Of a stretch of 64,000 nucleotides of DNA, positions 50,195 to 59,764 are shown piece by piece; position 1 is the first letter of the stretch, and each line of letters begins with the position of its first letter. This DNA comes from a candidate division FCPU426 bacterium. GTDB lineage: Bacteria; Oederibacteriota; Muellerivitia; Muellerivitales; Muellerivitaceae. Position numbers and translations under genes: made by a program. The notes under the pieces are model-generated. The model made no database searches. It saw only the letters and a list, made by a program, of their open reading frames with translations, and was not told the origin of the DNA. The DNA lies in contig CAWKAR010000057.1 of the NCBI GenBank assembly GCA_963847625.1, forward strand, positions 40,722 through 104,721. The letters are read 5' to 3'.

Positions 50195-51913
50195 ATGGAT
50201 TGGCAATTTCTCGTTTTCTTTTTCCTGACCGCGGTCGTGGCCAATTTGGCCCTGATGCCGCTCGCTTTGCGCTGGGCTCCCAAGCTGGGCCTGATGGACT
50301 TGCCGGGCAACCGCAAAATCCACTCGGCGCCGGTGGCCAAGATCGGCGGAGCGGCTCTGTTGCTGTCGGCCCTGGCGGCCCTGGCCATCGGGTTCCTGTT
50401 GTTTCCGTCCGAACCCTTCATGGGCATTGGGGGCCAAAAAGCCAAGCTGCCGGTGTTGTTCTCCGGAACCCTGCTGGCGGCCCTGTTGGGCCTGGCCGAC
50501 GACCTCTGGGACCTGAAGCCCCGGCAAAAATTCCTGGGCCAGGCAATCCTGGCCGTGGCCTTCTCGCTCCTGGGTTACCGTTTCCAGGTCCTGCATCTTC
50601 CCGGTTTACAGGTCTGGGGCCTTTCTTTCTTATCAGTCCCTTTCACTGCGTTTTGGATCATGGGGGTTATCAACGGCTTCAATTTCATGGACGGCGTGGA
50701 CAGCCTGGCCGGGTCGGTCATCTTGGTGATGTTGGGCGGATTGGCCGTGGCCTCTCCCCTTCTGGGCGGGCACATCATCCAGGTGCTGGCAGTCGCTCTT
50801 TTAGGCGCCATGGCGGTCTTCATGGTCTACAACCGCAAACCCGCCAGGGTTTACCTGGGCGACGCCGGGGCAAGCGCCCTGGGCTTTTTTACCGCCGCGT
50901 CCCTGATTTCCATGGGCCCCTCTACCTGGGCCATGGCCCCCACCCTGGCCCGCGCGCACGAACCGTTCCGCTTCCAGTTCCTCGTGGCCACCCTGCTGGT
51001 GGGTTATCCCTTCCTGGAGGCCGCGCTTTCCACGGTCCGCCGGGGGATCAAAAGAATGCACTACGGCCGTTCCATGGAATGGTCCGAGAAGGAGCACATT
51101 CACCACCGCCTGCTCAAGTTGGGCTTCAATTCCCAGGTGATCTGCCTCCTGGGCGCGTCCTTCAGCCTGCTTATGGCGGCGGCCGGGCTCCTGGCCATGT
51201 GCAAGCAAAACGCCCTGGCAACCCTGTGCCTGGTGCCGGTGTTGGTGGTGCTGGCGATTCTCATGCCCCGCATGGGCTTTTTCGATTTCCTCGACCCGAA
51301 GTCCCTCAGTGAAAAAAAGCCCTACTACCGCATGGCCCATCTTTTCGTGGAAATGCAGCGCGTCAAGCTCGAGCTGGTCCGGCAAAGGAGCGAGATCCTG
51401 GCGCTCATCAGCCAAACCTGCGCCGAACTGGGGGTCCAGGGTTTCCGGCTTAAAGTCGGTACGAATGGGGGTTCCTGCCAATACCACTGGGAAAGGCCGC
51501 TTGAAATCCAGCGCGAATACCTGAAGCGCATGAAGCCCGCTCTCGATAAGGGCCATTTTGAACTTTTCCGGGACAAGGTCACCCTGGAGGACGGTCAGGG
51601 AGAGGCCTTCTGGATCTTTGAGCCCCACACCGTGGAGGATGAGTTGGACGTGGAATACCGCGTGCTGGTGAGCGGTTTCATGATGGAAGCCCTCGCGTGC
51701 GTCTCGGACTGCGGTCCGGACACCGCCGGGGACCAGGAAATACGGCTCAACAGCCTCAGCCACGCCAAGGTGCGCTCCAGCCTGTTGAGACGGCGCTACT
51801 CAGCGCCCGCGGCAGGGGAAAAAACCCGGCTTCCCGGGGCCACAAGGCGGGGTCGAATATTGCCGGTGCAGATGGGAGAATCCGCGTCCGGCGCCGATTC
51901 CCAACTGAACTGA
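50195..51913 (+). CDS. WecA/TagO-like (MraY/GT4) undecaprenyl-phosphate sugar-1-phosphate transferase with C-terminal extension
   Basis: DLPGNRKIH, GLADD, NGFNFMDGVD, VYLGDAG, HIHHRLL. Confidence 0.85.
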   Translation: MDWQFLVFFFLTAVVANLALMPLALRWAPKLGLMDLPGNRKIHSAPVAKIGGAALLLSALAALAIGFLLFPSEPFMGIGGQKAKLPVLFSGTLLAALLGLADDLWDLKPRQKFLGQAILAVAFSLLGYRFQVLHLPGLQVWGLSFLSVPFTAFWIMGVINGFNFMDGVDSLAGSVILVMLGGLAVASPLLGGHIIQVLAVALLGAMAVFMVYNRKPARVYLGDAGASALGFFTAASLISMGPSTWAMAPTLARAHEPFRFQFLVATLLVGYPFLEAALSTVRRGIKRMHYGRSMEWSEKEHIHHRLLKLGFNSQVICLLGASFSLLMAAAGLLAMCKQNALATLCLVPVLVVLAILMPRMGFFDFLDPKSLSEKKPYYRMAHLFVEMQRVKLELVRQRSEILALISQTCAELGVQGFRLKVGTNGGSCQYHWERPLEIQREYLKRMKPALDKGHFELFRDKVTLEDGQGEAFWIFEPHTVEDELDVEYRVLVSGFMMEALACVSDCGPDTAGDQEIRLNSLSHAKVRSSLLRRRYSAPAAGEKTRLPGATRRGRILPVQMGESASGADSQLN

Positions 51914-51952
51914 ATTTCCACGATTTAAATTTATTTTTTTGACGGAGGAATA

Positions 51953-52330
51953 ATGGGGCAAATTACGGTCGATGTATCCAGCCATCCTCAAAAAAACGAT
52001 ATCACTCTTTTAATCGTGAAGGGCCACATCGACACCGTCACGGCCCCCGAGTTCGATAAGCACCTTCGCTCGCTCCTGTCCGCCAATAAATTCAAGCTGA
52101 TCGTGGATTTGAAAGATGTGCAATACATCAGCAGCGCGGGCTGGGGGATTTTCATCCGGGAACTCAAATACATCCGGAAACAAAAAGGGGACCTGGTGCT
52201 GGCCGGCATGCAATCCGAGGTCGGGGATATCTACGATACCCTGGGATTCGCCAGCATGTTGAAGGCCTATCCGGACGTCGAAACCGCGGTTGAAAAACAT
52301 TTCTCGGATGCGCTGGAGGGCCGCCGATAG
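51953..52330 (+). CDS. STAS-domain anti-sigma factor antagonist
   Basis: GHIDTVTAPEF, VDLKDVQYISSAGWG. Confidence 0.9.
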   Translation: MGQITVDVSSHPQKNDITLLIVKGHIDTVTAPEFDKHLRSLLSANKFKLIVDLKDVQYISSAGWGIFIRELKYIRKQKGDLVLAGMQSEVGDIYDTLGFASMLKAYPDVETAVEKHFSDALEGRR

Positions 52331-52360
52331 GCGGGTAGGTCAAATTGCTAAAAACCGTGT

Positions 52361-52392
52361 AAAAAAAAGGGCGGCAAAATTTGCCGCCCTTT
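52361..52392. terminator. Bidirectional terminator
   Basis: AAAAAAAAGGGCGGCAAAATTTGCCGCCCTTT between convergent genes. Confidence 0.8.
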
Positions 52393-52419
52393 CGCGTCAG
52401 GCCAATTTTTTAAACTATT

Positions 52420-52875
52420 TTATTCAAACCCGTAAAACGAATATGGGATTTGCTTCGAGTCTTGCACAGTGCTATTCACGTAAACACTTCCCATAGTGCT
52501 GTCATACAACCAGCCTTGCGATGCACCATCTGGTACTGAAACCATTGTCGTCATCGTCACTAAGGATCCCGCGGGGCTCACCGCTCCTACCACAAAAGAT
52601 CCCGTCACCTTCACAGGTGAAATGTTGTCCAAGTATTTGCTGAAAGAGTACACTTTGAAAGTCTGTAAAGTCGTCGGCCAAACTCCCTGGGCATCGCCAT
52701 AATAGATCGAAGCCGCAGACTTCAGACTTCCCAGATTACCTTTTGTCGATCCCTCGCGAGACTTTTCCAGCATCTGCGCGAAACGCGGGATGGCGATAGC
52801 CGCCAAGATTCCGATAATCGCGACAACGATCATCAGTTCAATTAATGTAAAACCCTTTGCTTTCAAACGAATCAT
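52420..52875 (-). CDS. Type IV pilin / pseudopilin
   Basis: KG|FTLIELMIVVAIIGILAAIAIP class III signal; GAGGAGG RBS. Confidence 0.9.
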   Translation of the reverse strand: MIRLKAKGFTLIELMIVVAIIGILAAIAIPRFAQMLEKSREGSTKGNLGSLKSAASIYYGDAQGVWPTTLQTFKVYSFSKYLDNISPVKVTGSFVVGAVSPAGSLVTMTTMVSVPDGASQGWLYDSTMGSVYVNSTVQDSKQIPYSFYGFE

Positions 52876-52943
52876 CTTCAGCCTCCTCTTAAGTTAAAGT
52901 TAAATCTGATCGATCAAATTTAACTTTATTCAACTCGAATCTT

Positions 52944-53279
52944 ATGACGCTCCAGACAAAGTTTCCGGCCTGTCCGGCGGTAATAAGGTCGCATTTTGCA
53001 TATGGAAAAGTTTACATGGAATATGGAATGTATGAGCCCGCGGTCGCTCAAATCCAAGCGGCATTATTATTAGACCCCAATTTCGCGGAAGCGGATGATT
53101 GTTTGGGCATGATTTATAAAAAGCAAGCCGATTTCGAGACAGCCATTGCCGCGTTTAAGAAAGCTTTAGCTTTAGAACCCCGCAATACCAATTACATGGA
53201 AAATCTCGCATCGGCTTATTTAGCGGCAAAAAAATATAATGAAGCTCTGGCTTTGTATCAAAAGCTATCAAATTCATAA
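52944..53279 (+). CDS. Short TPR protein, possibly a fragment
   Basis: Three TPR motifs. Confidence 0.65.
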   Translation: MTLQTKFPACPAVIRSHFAYGKVYMEYGMYEPAVAQIQAALLLDPNFAEADDCLGMIYKKQADFETAIAAFKKALALEPRNTNYMENLASAYLAAKKYNEALALYQKLSNS

Positions 53280-53310
53280 ACGAAAAAAGCTTATGGCTTT
53301 TTAAAGTGAT

Positions 53311-53583
53311 TCAAAGATTTTTTAAGCTTCGTTCAAGTTCCTTGCGGTCCATGACCCGAAGGACCGCGATCTTTTCCTCCATCGGCTCAAAGATAGCCCG
53401 GTAATTCCTGATCCTCAAACGGTAAGGGTTTTTTTGCCCAGCGAGTTTCTTAACCTTGGGGGGAGGGGGCCAGGGTCGGTTTTGCAGGACTTCCAAAGCA
53501 CCGAGGATTTCCCGGACGGTCTTTTTCTCCAGGGCGCGCAAATCCCGGAAAACCCGGGGGGAGAGGTCAATCCCTAAGGGCAT
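53311..53583 (-). CDS. RelE/ParE family toxin
   Basis: VKKLAGQKNPYRLRIRNYRAIF; follows the antitoxin gene. Confidence 0.88.
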   Translation of the reverse strand: MPLGIDLSPRVFRDLRALEKKTVREILGALEVLQNRPWPPPPKVKKLAGQKNPYRLRIRNYRAIFEPMEEKIAVLRVMDRKELERSLKNL

Positions 53584-53838
53584 TTATAATCCTAAGCGTT
53601 TACGGGCTTCGGAGAGGGAGAGCCCGCCTTTGGTTTTGTATTCCTTCCGGGATTCCTCGATTTGGGTCATGAATTCCGGTTGTTGATAAACCAAGTCCTC
53701 AATTTCATCCTCCGTCAAATGGAGCAAGATGGCTTGGGGTTTGCCGTGATTCGTGATAACGACCTTTTCCCCGTTTTCCACTTGCTTCAGCACGCTGGGG
53801 GTTTTCAATCGCAAATCCCTGATATTCAGGAATTTCAT
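53584..53838 (-). CDS. Phd/YefM family antitoxin
   Basis: MKFLNIRDLR...VENGEKVVITNHGKPQAIL; upstream palindrome GTTACT-N6-AGTAAC at 53851-53868 is a likely operator. Confidence 0.88.
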   Translation of the reverse strand: MKFLNIRDLRLKTPSVLKQVENGEKVVITNHGKPQAILLHLTEDEIEDLVYQQPEFMTQIEESRKEYKTKGGLSLSEARKRLGL

Positions 53839-53871
53839 GGTTTCTCCCATGTTACTTTATTGAGTAACTTA

Positions 53872-54105
53872 ATGGTGGATCCTTACGGTAATGTTTTTGT
53901 CGCGGACACCCTCAATAACACGATCCGGGAAATCACCGCGAGCGGGGTTGTGACGACTTTGGCCGGTTCGGCTGGAGTGACCGGCTCCGCCAACGGCCCC
54001 CTCTCCTCCGCGACCTTTAACAATCCCTTCGGAATCGCGGTGGATTCATCCGGGACCCTTTACATCGCTGATACCAATAACAATCTCATCCGGAAAATCC
54101 AGTAA
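53872..54105 (+). pseudogene. C-terminal remnant of an NHL-repeat protein
   Basis: VDPYGNVFVADTLNNTIREIT...PFGIAVDSSGTLYIADTNNNLIRKI begins mid-repeat, right beside the TA promoter. Confidence 0.7.
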
Positions 54106-54115
54106 AGAGAAAGTC

Positions 54116-55678
54116 TTAGTGGAGGGTTTCGCAATGGAGTCCCCCCGCGCCCCAGGGATACATGGGGACCGGAATGACCTGGTAACCGCATTTTTCGATT
54201 AGGGACTTTTGCTCATCGAAGACCGGATTATCCGAGCCGGAAGCCGCCCGCAGGACATTCCAAACATTAGAATAGGAGTTGATCACTCCCGAGAAATTCT
54301 GATCGGTCGGGTACTTGATCCAACTCGCGCACCAATTATTCAGGTCTCCCAAAGCGTTATAGATTCCGCGTTGGACGGAGGGCGCCCCATTCCTGGGAAT
54401 GTTGTCGGGATATTTCGACAGCATCACGATTTCGCGTTTCTGGGCGGGGTCGTAATACTTGAGCAGGTTCGCGGGACTTCGGACAGGATGGTCCGCGAAG
54501 GGCAGGCGGATCACGTCGTAACCCAAGGATGACATTTCCAAAGCCGTGAGGTTGAATTCCTTTTGGAGGCGATTTCGAAAGGCTGAATCCAAGGGCTGGC
54601 CGGTGGTCGCGTCGATGGGATTCTCCAGGTAGGTTGGGATGAAAGCCCGTGGTTTGGGATTGTCGGCGATGACCGCGGCTAGCATGTCGAGATGGAATAG
54701 CTGGGGATCACCTTGGGAGGGATCCTCAAGCGCCGACTGGGGAAGGAAAACCACGGGTAACCCGAAAAAATCAGATTGATAAGCTTGTTTGGCGTCCAGG
54801 ATCTGGCCGATTGAAGCCTTTTGGGAAACCGGGAAGTCGCCTTGGAGCCTTTGGAGGTATCGGACGGCGGCAAAACGCCCAGCGAGAATGGCCGGCTGAT
54901 TTCCGGGCCCCCATACCAATTCCAAGTCGCCGCCCTCGGTACTGACAGTAGGTCCAGTTTCCCGAACGGTAAAGTCATTAGGATATGCCTTGACCAACGA
55001 AGCCACCGTTCCACTGTACCAGCCTGGCTCACCCTTTCCGGTCATGATGACAATCCGGTCCAGTGGGTCCCTGCCCATGACCTCCCCGATATCCTGGCTC
55101 CAAATCATCGGGTAGGGAGTCTCGTAAAAGCGCATCCTTTTCCGGAAATCCCCGCTTTTCCAACCCCAGCGGATTTGGAGGAACTCCTTGAACCAATCCT
55201 TTTCCCTCGCGGCGGGATACCCCACGTATATGAGAGTGTCCTTTGGGAGGATATTCCAGATCTGTCCGTAGGATATTTCCAGGTCGATCCAATACATCAT
55301 CTTCTGGAGGTAAAGGACCTTCTTGGGATCCAAGCCCGGGCCGTTAACCACCTTCGTGAGGCCGAAATAATCGTTGCTTGCCACTGAGAGGCCCATGACC
55401 AAACGGTCCAGGGGACGGTCCGATTCCGGGATAAGGGTGAACCCGGCTTTCTCCAGGTACAGGCTTCTCGGGTAAAGACTTGGGTTGAATTGACGGGTAG
55501 GATGGAAATAGAAATACAAAGCCAGGCCCAAAACGGCCGCGACTATTCCCGCTAGGAATCGGATGGAGGTATTTCGCTTTCGAGACGGGGAAATTTCCGC
55601 TGGCCGCCGGGGTGGTTTGGGTTCAGGGATTTCCGCCTCGTGGGCAGGCTGGTCATTGGTCATGGTAGGGGATGACAT
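54116..55678 (-). CDS. Membrane-anchored pentein-superfamily (amidinotransferase/deiminase-like) enzyme
   Basis: One N-terminal TM; WSQD, TEGGD, FHLDM and C-terminal GGLHC motifs. Confidence 0.65.
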   Translation of the reverse strand: MSSPTMTNDQPAHEAEIPEPKPPRRPAEISPSRKRNTSIRFLAGIVAAVLGLALYFYFHPTRQFNPSLYPRSLYLEKAGFTLIPESDRPLDRLVMGLSVASNDYFGLTKVVNGPGLDPKKVLYLQKMMYWIDLEISYGQIWNILPKDTLIYVGYPAAREKDWFKEFLQIRWGWKSGDFRKRMRFYETPYPMIWSQDIGEVMGRDPLDRIVIMTGKGEPGWYSGTVASLVKAYPNDFTVRETGPTVSTEGGDLELVWGPGNQPAILAGRFAAVRYLQRLQGDFPVSQKASIGQILDAKQAYQSDFFGLPVVFLPQSALEDPSQGDPQLFHLDMLAAVIADNPKPRAFIPTYLENPIDATTGQPLDSAFRNRLQKEFNLTALEMSSLGYDVIRLPFADHPVRSPANLLKYYDPAQKREIVMLSKYPDNIPRNGAPSVQRGIYNALGDLNNWCASWIKYPTDQNFSGVINSYSNVWNVLRAASGSDNPVFDEQKSLIEKCGYQVIPVPMYPWGAGGLHCETLH

Positions 55679-56334
55679 TAGTATTTTTCCCCTTCCGAGT
55701 TTTTAATTCCGGAGGGATTTTGAATGGCTTTTTGAGAAGCGGGAACCTGCCCAGCTTTCATGGCTTGGGCGTACAAGGCCTCCAACCGAGCCTCGTCGTC
55801 CTTCCATTGCCGCGTGATTTCGTCGCATTTTTTCCGGTCAGCGGGGTCCTTCGAGAGGGATTCCCAATTCTGCCCATGCTTCTCAAGGAGCTGATCGATC
55901 TTGGCCTGGTACAGCCGTGATTTTTCCTCATATTTTTTCACAGCTGCCATCCACTTTGGATCGTGGTTGAGTTTGGAGGAAGCCGTTAACTTGGCCTGAT
56001 TATCGGTTTGCCCTGTTTTTCCCGTTTTCGGCCAGGAGGTCGCGTAACTGGAAGGGGAGGGCTGGAGGCTTGGGGGGGCCTCTACCGGGGGAGGACCTGA
56101 AGGCGGACAGAGAGAGTCCGGATTGGCCCCGGGAGGAAAAGGCGCGGCTGGCTGGGTCTCATTGTTAGGGAGAAATGAGTTCTGGACAGGATTACCCGGG
56201 TTTCCAGAAGAGTGGTTGTTCGTCCCCTGTGGCTGCTGTTGGGGAGGTTCTCCAGCCCTGGAAACATTGGCTATGAAAAAAGCCAGGATAATCATCCCCA
56301 AACGAATATTTGACCCGTCGTTTCTTTTCCCCAT
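55678..56334 (-). CDS. Secreted hypothetical protein (Pro-rich region plus coiled coil)
   Basis: Signal peptide; stop overlaps the next gene's start. Confidence 0.7.
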   Translation of the reverse strand: MGKRNDGSNIRLGMIILAFFIANVSRAGEPPQQQPQGTNNHSSGNPGNPVQNSFLPNNETQPAAPFPPGANPDSLCPPSGPPPVEAPPSLQPSPSSYATSWPKTGKTGQTDNQAKLTASSKLNHDPKWMAAVKKYEEKSRLYQAKIDQLLEKHGQNWESLSKDPADRKKCDEITRQWKDDEARLEALYAQAMKAGQVPASQKAIQNPSGIKNSEGEKY

Positions 56335-56400
56335 AGTCTTTTCTCCTTCCGAAAAACGCTATCCCAAGGATTTTAACCGATGACCCTTGTGGAAGCCCCG

Positions 56401-57879
56401 CTATAAAAACAACTGGAGCCCCGTGTAAATCCTGTTTGAGCAAGGGGCGCTTGATTCAGCATTGGATGATTCCATCTCGAAATTATCGCCGGCGATCACA
56501 AAGATTTTATCCAACAAAGGATGCCTGAACTCGGCATAGATCAGGCTGACCAAATCCGATCTCATGGGGACGGTCCTTTCCATCAATGGGTAATGGGGAT
56601 AACTCAATGTTTGGATGCCGACCCCTAGATCCAGGTTCCATTGGGACCAACCGCTTTTCTGAAAGGTCAGGAGAAAACCATCGGAGACATAATCGTATTT
56701 AGCCACGAGGGCCGAGTTCCAACGGCGGGAGTAGGTGAATTGGAGAGTGAGATCCCTCCCCAGGGTTCGGTTTCCTTGAAAAGTGGCCACCCAGCTCCAT
56801 GAGTCCATGTCGGTGTTTTGGCGGTCGCTTTCAAGAAGGCATTGGGCCTGCGCTTGCAGCTTGAATTCGGCAATTTGATAGAGGATGGCGGTCGTGACCT
56901 GGTGGTGTTGGTATACTTCCTGTCCTTTCAGCGTTTCCTGCTGCCAATCATAACCGGAATACAGAGAGAAATTCCGTCCCAAAGGCGGATCGCAGGAGGC
57001 GCCAAGGGTTTTCATGTCGTCCCAACCATCGGTTCCTCCGCCATTCCGGCGTGACAAGCCGGTGGAGGCATACAAGCACCCTTTGAAATCATTGTCCCGT
57101 GAGGCTAAGCCTAGTTGGGTGTTTATCTCGCCGCTGGAATCGTAAGGCGCGGCCAATAAACTTGTAGGACCACCCCAGATTTGGGTATTACCGGTCATGG
57201 TTTTGACGCTTCCAAATAAAACAGGGTTGTCGATAAGGGAGGGGGAAGGCAATGAACGGCCCCGCGTTTCCTGGGAGAAGGGATCGTAGGTTAAATTTCC
57301 CCCAACTCCGCGGTTTAAGTAAGCTTCAGCCGAATCAGGGCTCAGGTTATTCTCTATGAGGCGCAGGAAATCCCGGGCCTCGCCGTAATGGTCGCATAAA
57401 AGAAGGCATTGCCTTATTTCGGCCTTCGATTTTTCCACTTGGTTCAACCTATAACGGGTCAAAGCCAGGTCATAATGGACTTCGGCTGAGGAAGGATTTT
57501 CCAATGCGGCCTGGCTGAATTCCAGCAACGAGAAACTATATTGTCCTGACATGTACCATTGAAGACCCTGGGAAAGGTGTGATTGAAAGATCTGATCCGA
57601 GGGCCGGTCTCCCAACTTCTCCAGCATTGAGAGGGCTCCTGTTTGGTTTGGATCCAGGCGGACAGCGTTCCTGAAACATTCCAGCGCGTCGTTCATGATG
57701 TCATGCGAATAGAATGCCAGGCCGCGCTGATATTCAGATTCCGCGTCGGCTGGATGAGGGGCTGTGATTCCGGAATCGGCAGGGGGGAGAACCGCTGTTG
57801 GATCGGTAAAATCCGGATATGCGGGTGAACCGAAAATAAGGAGGAATGAAATGATAACCGAGTATGAAAGGGCTTTCAT
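56401..57879 (-). CDS. TPR protein with probable C-terminal beta-barrel
   Basis: True start MKALSYSVIISFLL at 57879 (the upstream ORF extension lies inside the IS); TPR motifs; ends RIYTGLQLFL. Confidence 0.75.
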   Translation of the reverse strand: MKALSYSVIISFLLIFGSPAYPDFTDPTAVLPPADSGITAPHPADAESEYQRGLAFYSHDIMNDALECFRNAVRLDPNQTGALSMLEKLGDRPSDQIFQSHLSQGLQWYMSGQYSFSLLEFSQAALENPSSAEVHYDLALTRYRLNQVEKSKAEIRQCLLLCDHYGEARDFLRLIENNLSPDSAEAYLNRGVGGNLTYDPFSQETRGRSLPSPSLIDNPVLFGSVKTMTGNTQIWGGPTSLLAAPYDSSGEINTQLGLASRDNDFKGCLYASTGLSRRNGGGTDGWDDMKTLGASCDPPLGRNFSLYSGYDWQQETLKGQEVYQHHQVTTAILYQIAEFKLQAQAQCLLESDRQNTDMDSWSWVATFQGNRTLGRDLTLQFTYSRRWNSALVAKYDYVSDGFLLTFQKSGWSQWNLDLGVGIQTLSYPHYPLMERTVPMRSDLVSLIYAEFRHPLLDKIFVIAGDNFEMESSNAESSAPCSNRIYTGLQLFL

Positions 57880-59583
57880 CCGGAATTTCCCAGATGACCT
57901 TCTCTGAAAACATTGCCGGGTAATTTGTTTCTCATTATATTCCCCCCCCCCGCTTCTTCCACCCGTATCCGGAATTTTCTGGCCCAAGGCCAGCGAAATG
58001 AGCCCAAAAAAGGGTTTCTGTGCCCCAAAAAAGTTGAAAATGACCTTCCAGAAAGCCAATTCTCGTTGTGAACGCACACCTATCCCACGATGGTTGATCC
58101 GGTTGAAGCCATGAAGTGTTCCTGCGGTTATCGCAGTACTGGCGCTCGCGGCCTTACCATCGCCAGTAGCCTTATCCGTCCAAGGATTTCAGCAAACAGG
58201 CGTTGGGTAACCATCACCTCCGCCATCTGGAAAACCACGTACCGCGAATGGCGGATAACGTTAGCTCCGATTTTGATAAGTTTTTCTCGCAACGTCGTCA
58301 GCGACCAATGCTTCACCAGTTCTGGCAGGGCTAGACGGCGAAGGAAGTTGCCCAAGTTGTAAGCCAGTGCAAATAGTTGCAACCTTACTTGGTTGTCCGC
58401 GAAGTCGTGGCAGCTTAGTCTTGTCCACTTCATCGCGTACTTTCCCTCCTTGATCCATTGCTCAGCCGTACCTCTTCCGTTGTAGAACTTCACCACCTGG
58501 GGTGCCGGTCGTCGCATGTTCGTCACGATGAAACCCACCCTCGGGAAAAGTTCGCCGTTGTGATGCTCAATCTTCGCCACCACGCGGCGGGGTTTGTCCC
58601 AGCTGACGGCTTGGTATTGGAAGCTGTGATACCGGACAACCGGCTTGTGGGAAGGGCGGCCCACGGGACGGGTCAAAAATGGCTCAATTTCTCTTTGTAG
58701 CACGCCATTGGCGGGTTGGCGGATCGCATAAAGGTATCCTTCGTCTTCTAGGTACTCGTATAGTTCCTGACGGGCGAAGGCCGCGTCACCCCGGAAAAAA
58801 CGGCTGATGGAAAGACCCCGATAACGGACAACCACTGGTTCAAGAACCGACCGCCACTCGTGGGCGCTGGCCACATTGCCGTTGCGCAACATTGCCCGTT
58901 CCAAATCGCCAAACTGGTTGAAACAAAACAGGGGATGGTAACAGGTACAGCCGAAGTAACCGTTGTACAAGGAACCTTCTTGGTCCCCGTAGGTTTCACT
59001 CACGGAGCTGTCCATGTCGAGAATAATCTGCTGGATGGGCTTTTTTTCATGGACACCATCAATCCATTGGCCAGATAGGTCAATCAGACCGGTCTGGTTC
59101 TTCGACTGGGTGAGAACTTCCGTCTCGAAACGTCCCATCTGGCTGGTGGAGGCAGCTTGTTTTTCCTTGGCCCGTCCTCCGATCACATGCCGCATCGCCG
59201 GATCAACACTCAATCGTTCTGCGTCGTTGGTGTCCTCGTAACCGGCTAGGCGGCTGTAGATTGATTGCCGCAAAAGCGCCGTCATCGTATGTTGCGTATT
59301 CTTGCCGGTTCGCCGATCCCTCAGAAGGTTTTCCGTTCTGTCAGTCAAACCAAAGGCTTCATCGAGTTCACGATAGGGAATCAACCCGCCATCGGAAGTG
59401 ACCTTCGCGCCATGGAACTCCAGCTTGAGACCAGGATCAAAAACCACCCGAAGAGCGTCTTTTCCCCTTTCACCCATTGCATTCCCCCCTCTCGTGGTCC
59501 CCAAAGTGAAGAAAAACCTTTGTTTGTATGGCCAAACGACGCCTTATTATACTCGAAAGGTAATTTCATCTGGGAAATCCGGG
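57880..59583 (-). mobile_element. IS1380-family insertion sequence
   Basis: Terminal inverted repeats CCGGAATTTCCCAGATGA (57880) and CCCGGATTTCCCAGATGA (reverse complement ending 59583), 16/18 identical. Confidence 0.88.
58128..59477 (-). CDS. tnp: IS1380-family DDE transposase
   Basis: VTSDGGL, GYEDTND, ILDMDSS, RGDAAF, YNGRGTAEQWIKEGK. Confidence 0.95.
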   Translation of the reverse strand: MGERGKDALRVVFDPGLKLEFHGAKVTSDGGLIPYRELDEAFGLTDRTENLLRDRRTGKNTQHTMTALLRQSIYSRLAGYEDTNDAERLSVDPAMRHVIGGRAKEKQAASTSQMGRFETEVLTQSKNQTGLIDLSGQWIDGVHEKKPIQQIILDMDSSVSETYGDQEGSLYNGYFGCTCYHPLFCFNQFGDLERAMLRNGNVASAHEWRSVLEPVVVRYRGLSISRFFRGDAAFARQELYEYLEDEGYLYAIRQPANGVLQREIEPFLTRPVGRPSHKPVVRYHSFQYQAVSWDKPRRVVAKIEHHNGELFPRVGFIVTNMRRPAPQVVKFYNGRGTAEQWIKEGKYAMKWTRLSCHDFADNQVRLQLFALAYNLGNFLRRLALPELVKHWSLTTLREKLIKIGANVIRHSRYVVFQMAEVMVTQRLFAEILGRIRLLAMVRPRAPVLR

Positions 59584-59764
59584 ATAAGACTCTTTAACCT
59601 GACGCACAAAACCTACCTTTTAATTTTACCGCTAAATCGCCTTTTTGCGAGTAGTTAACCGCTAAACCTATTTGTGTTTGACAAAATATTTAAGACGCCA
59701 AATGCCCCGATTAATGGATTTTTTTTGAAATTTATTGGATTTCCCGGTTAAGAATTTTTAATGG

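Noticed and set aside
57880..58077. N-terminal extension of ORF 56401..58077
   Set aside because: It lies inside the IS1380 end; the signal peptide begins at 57879.
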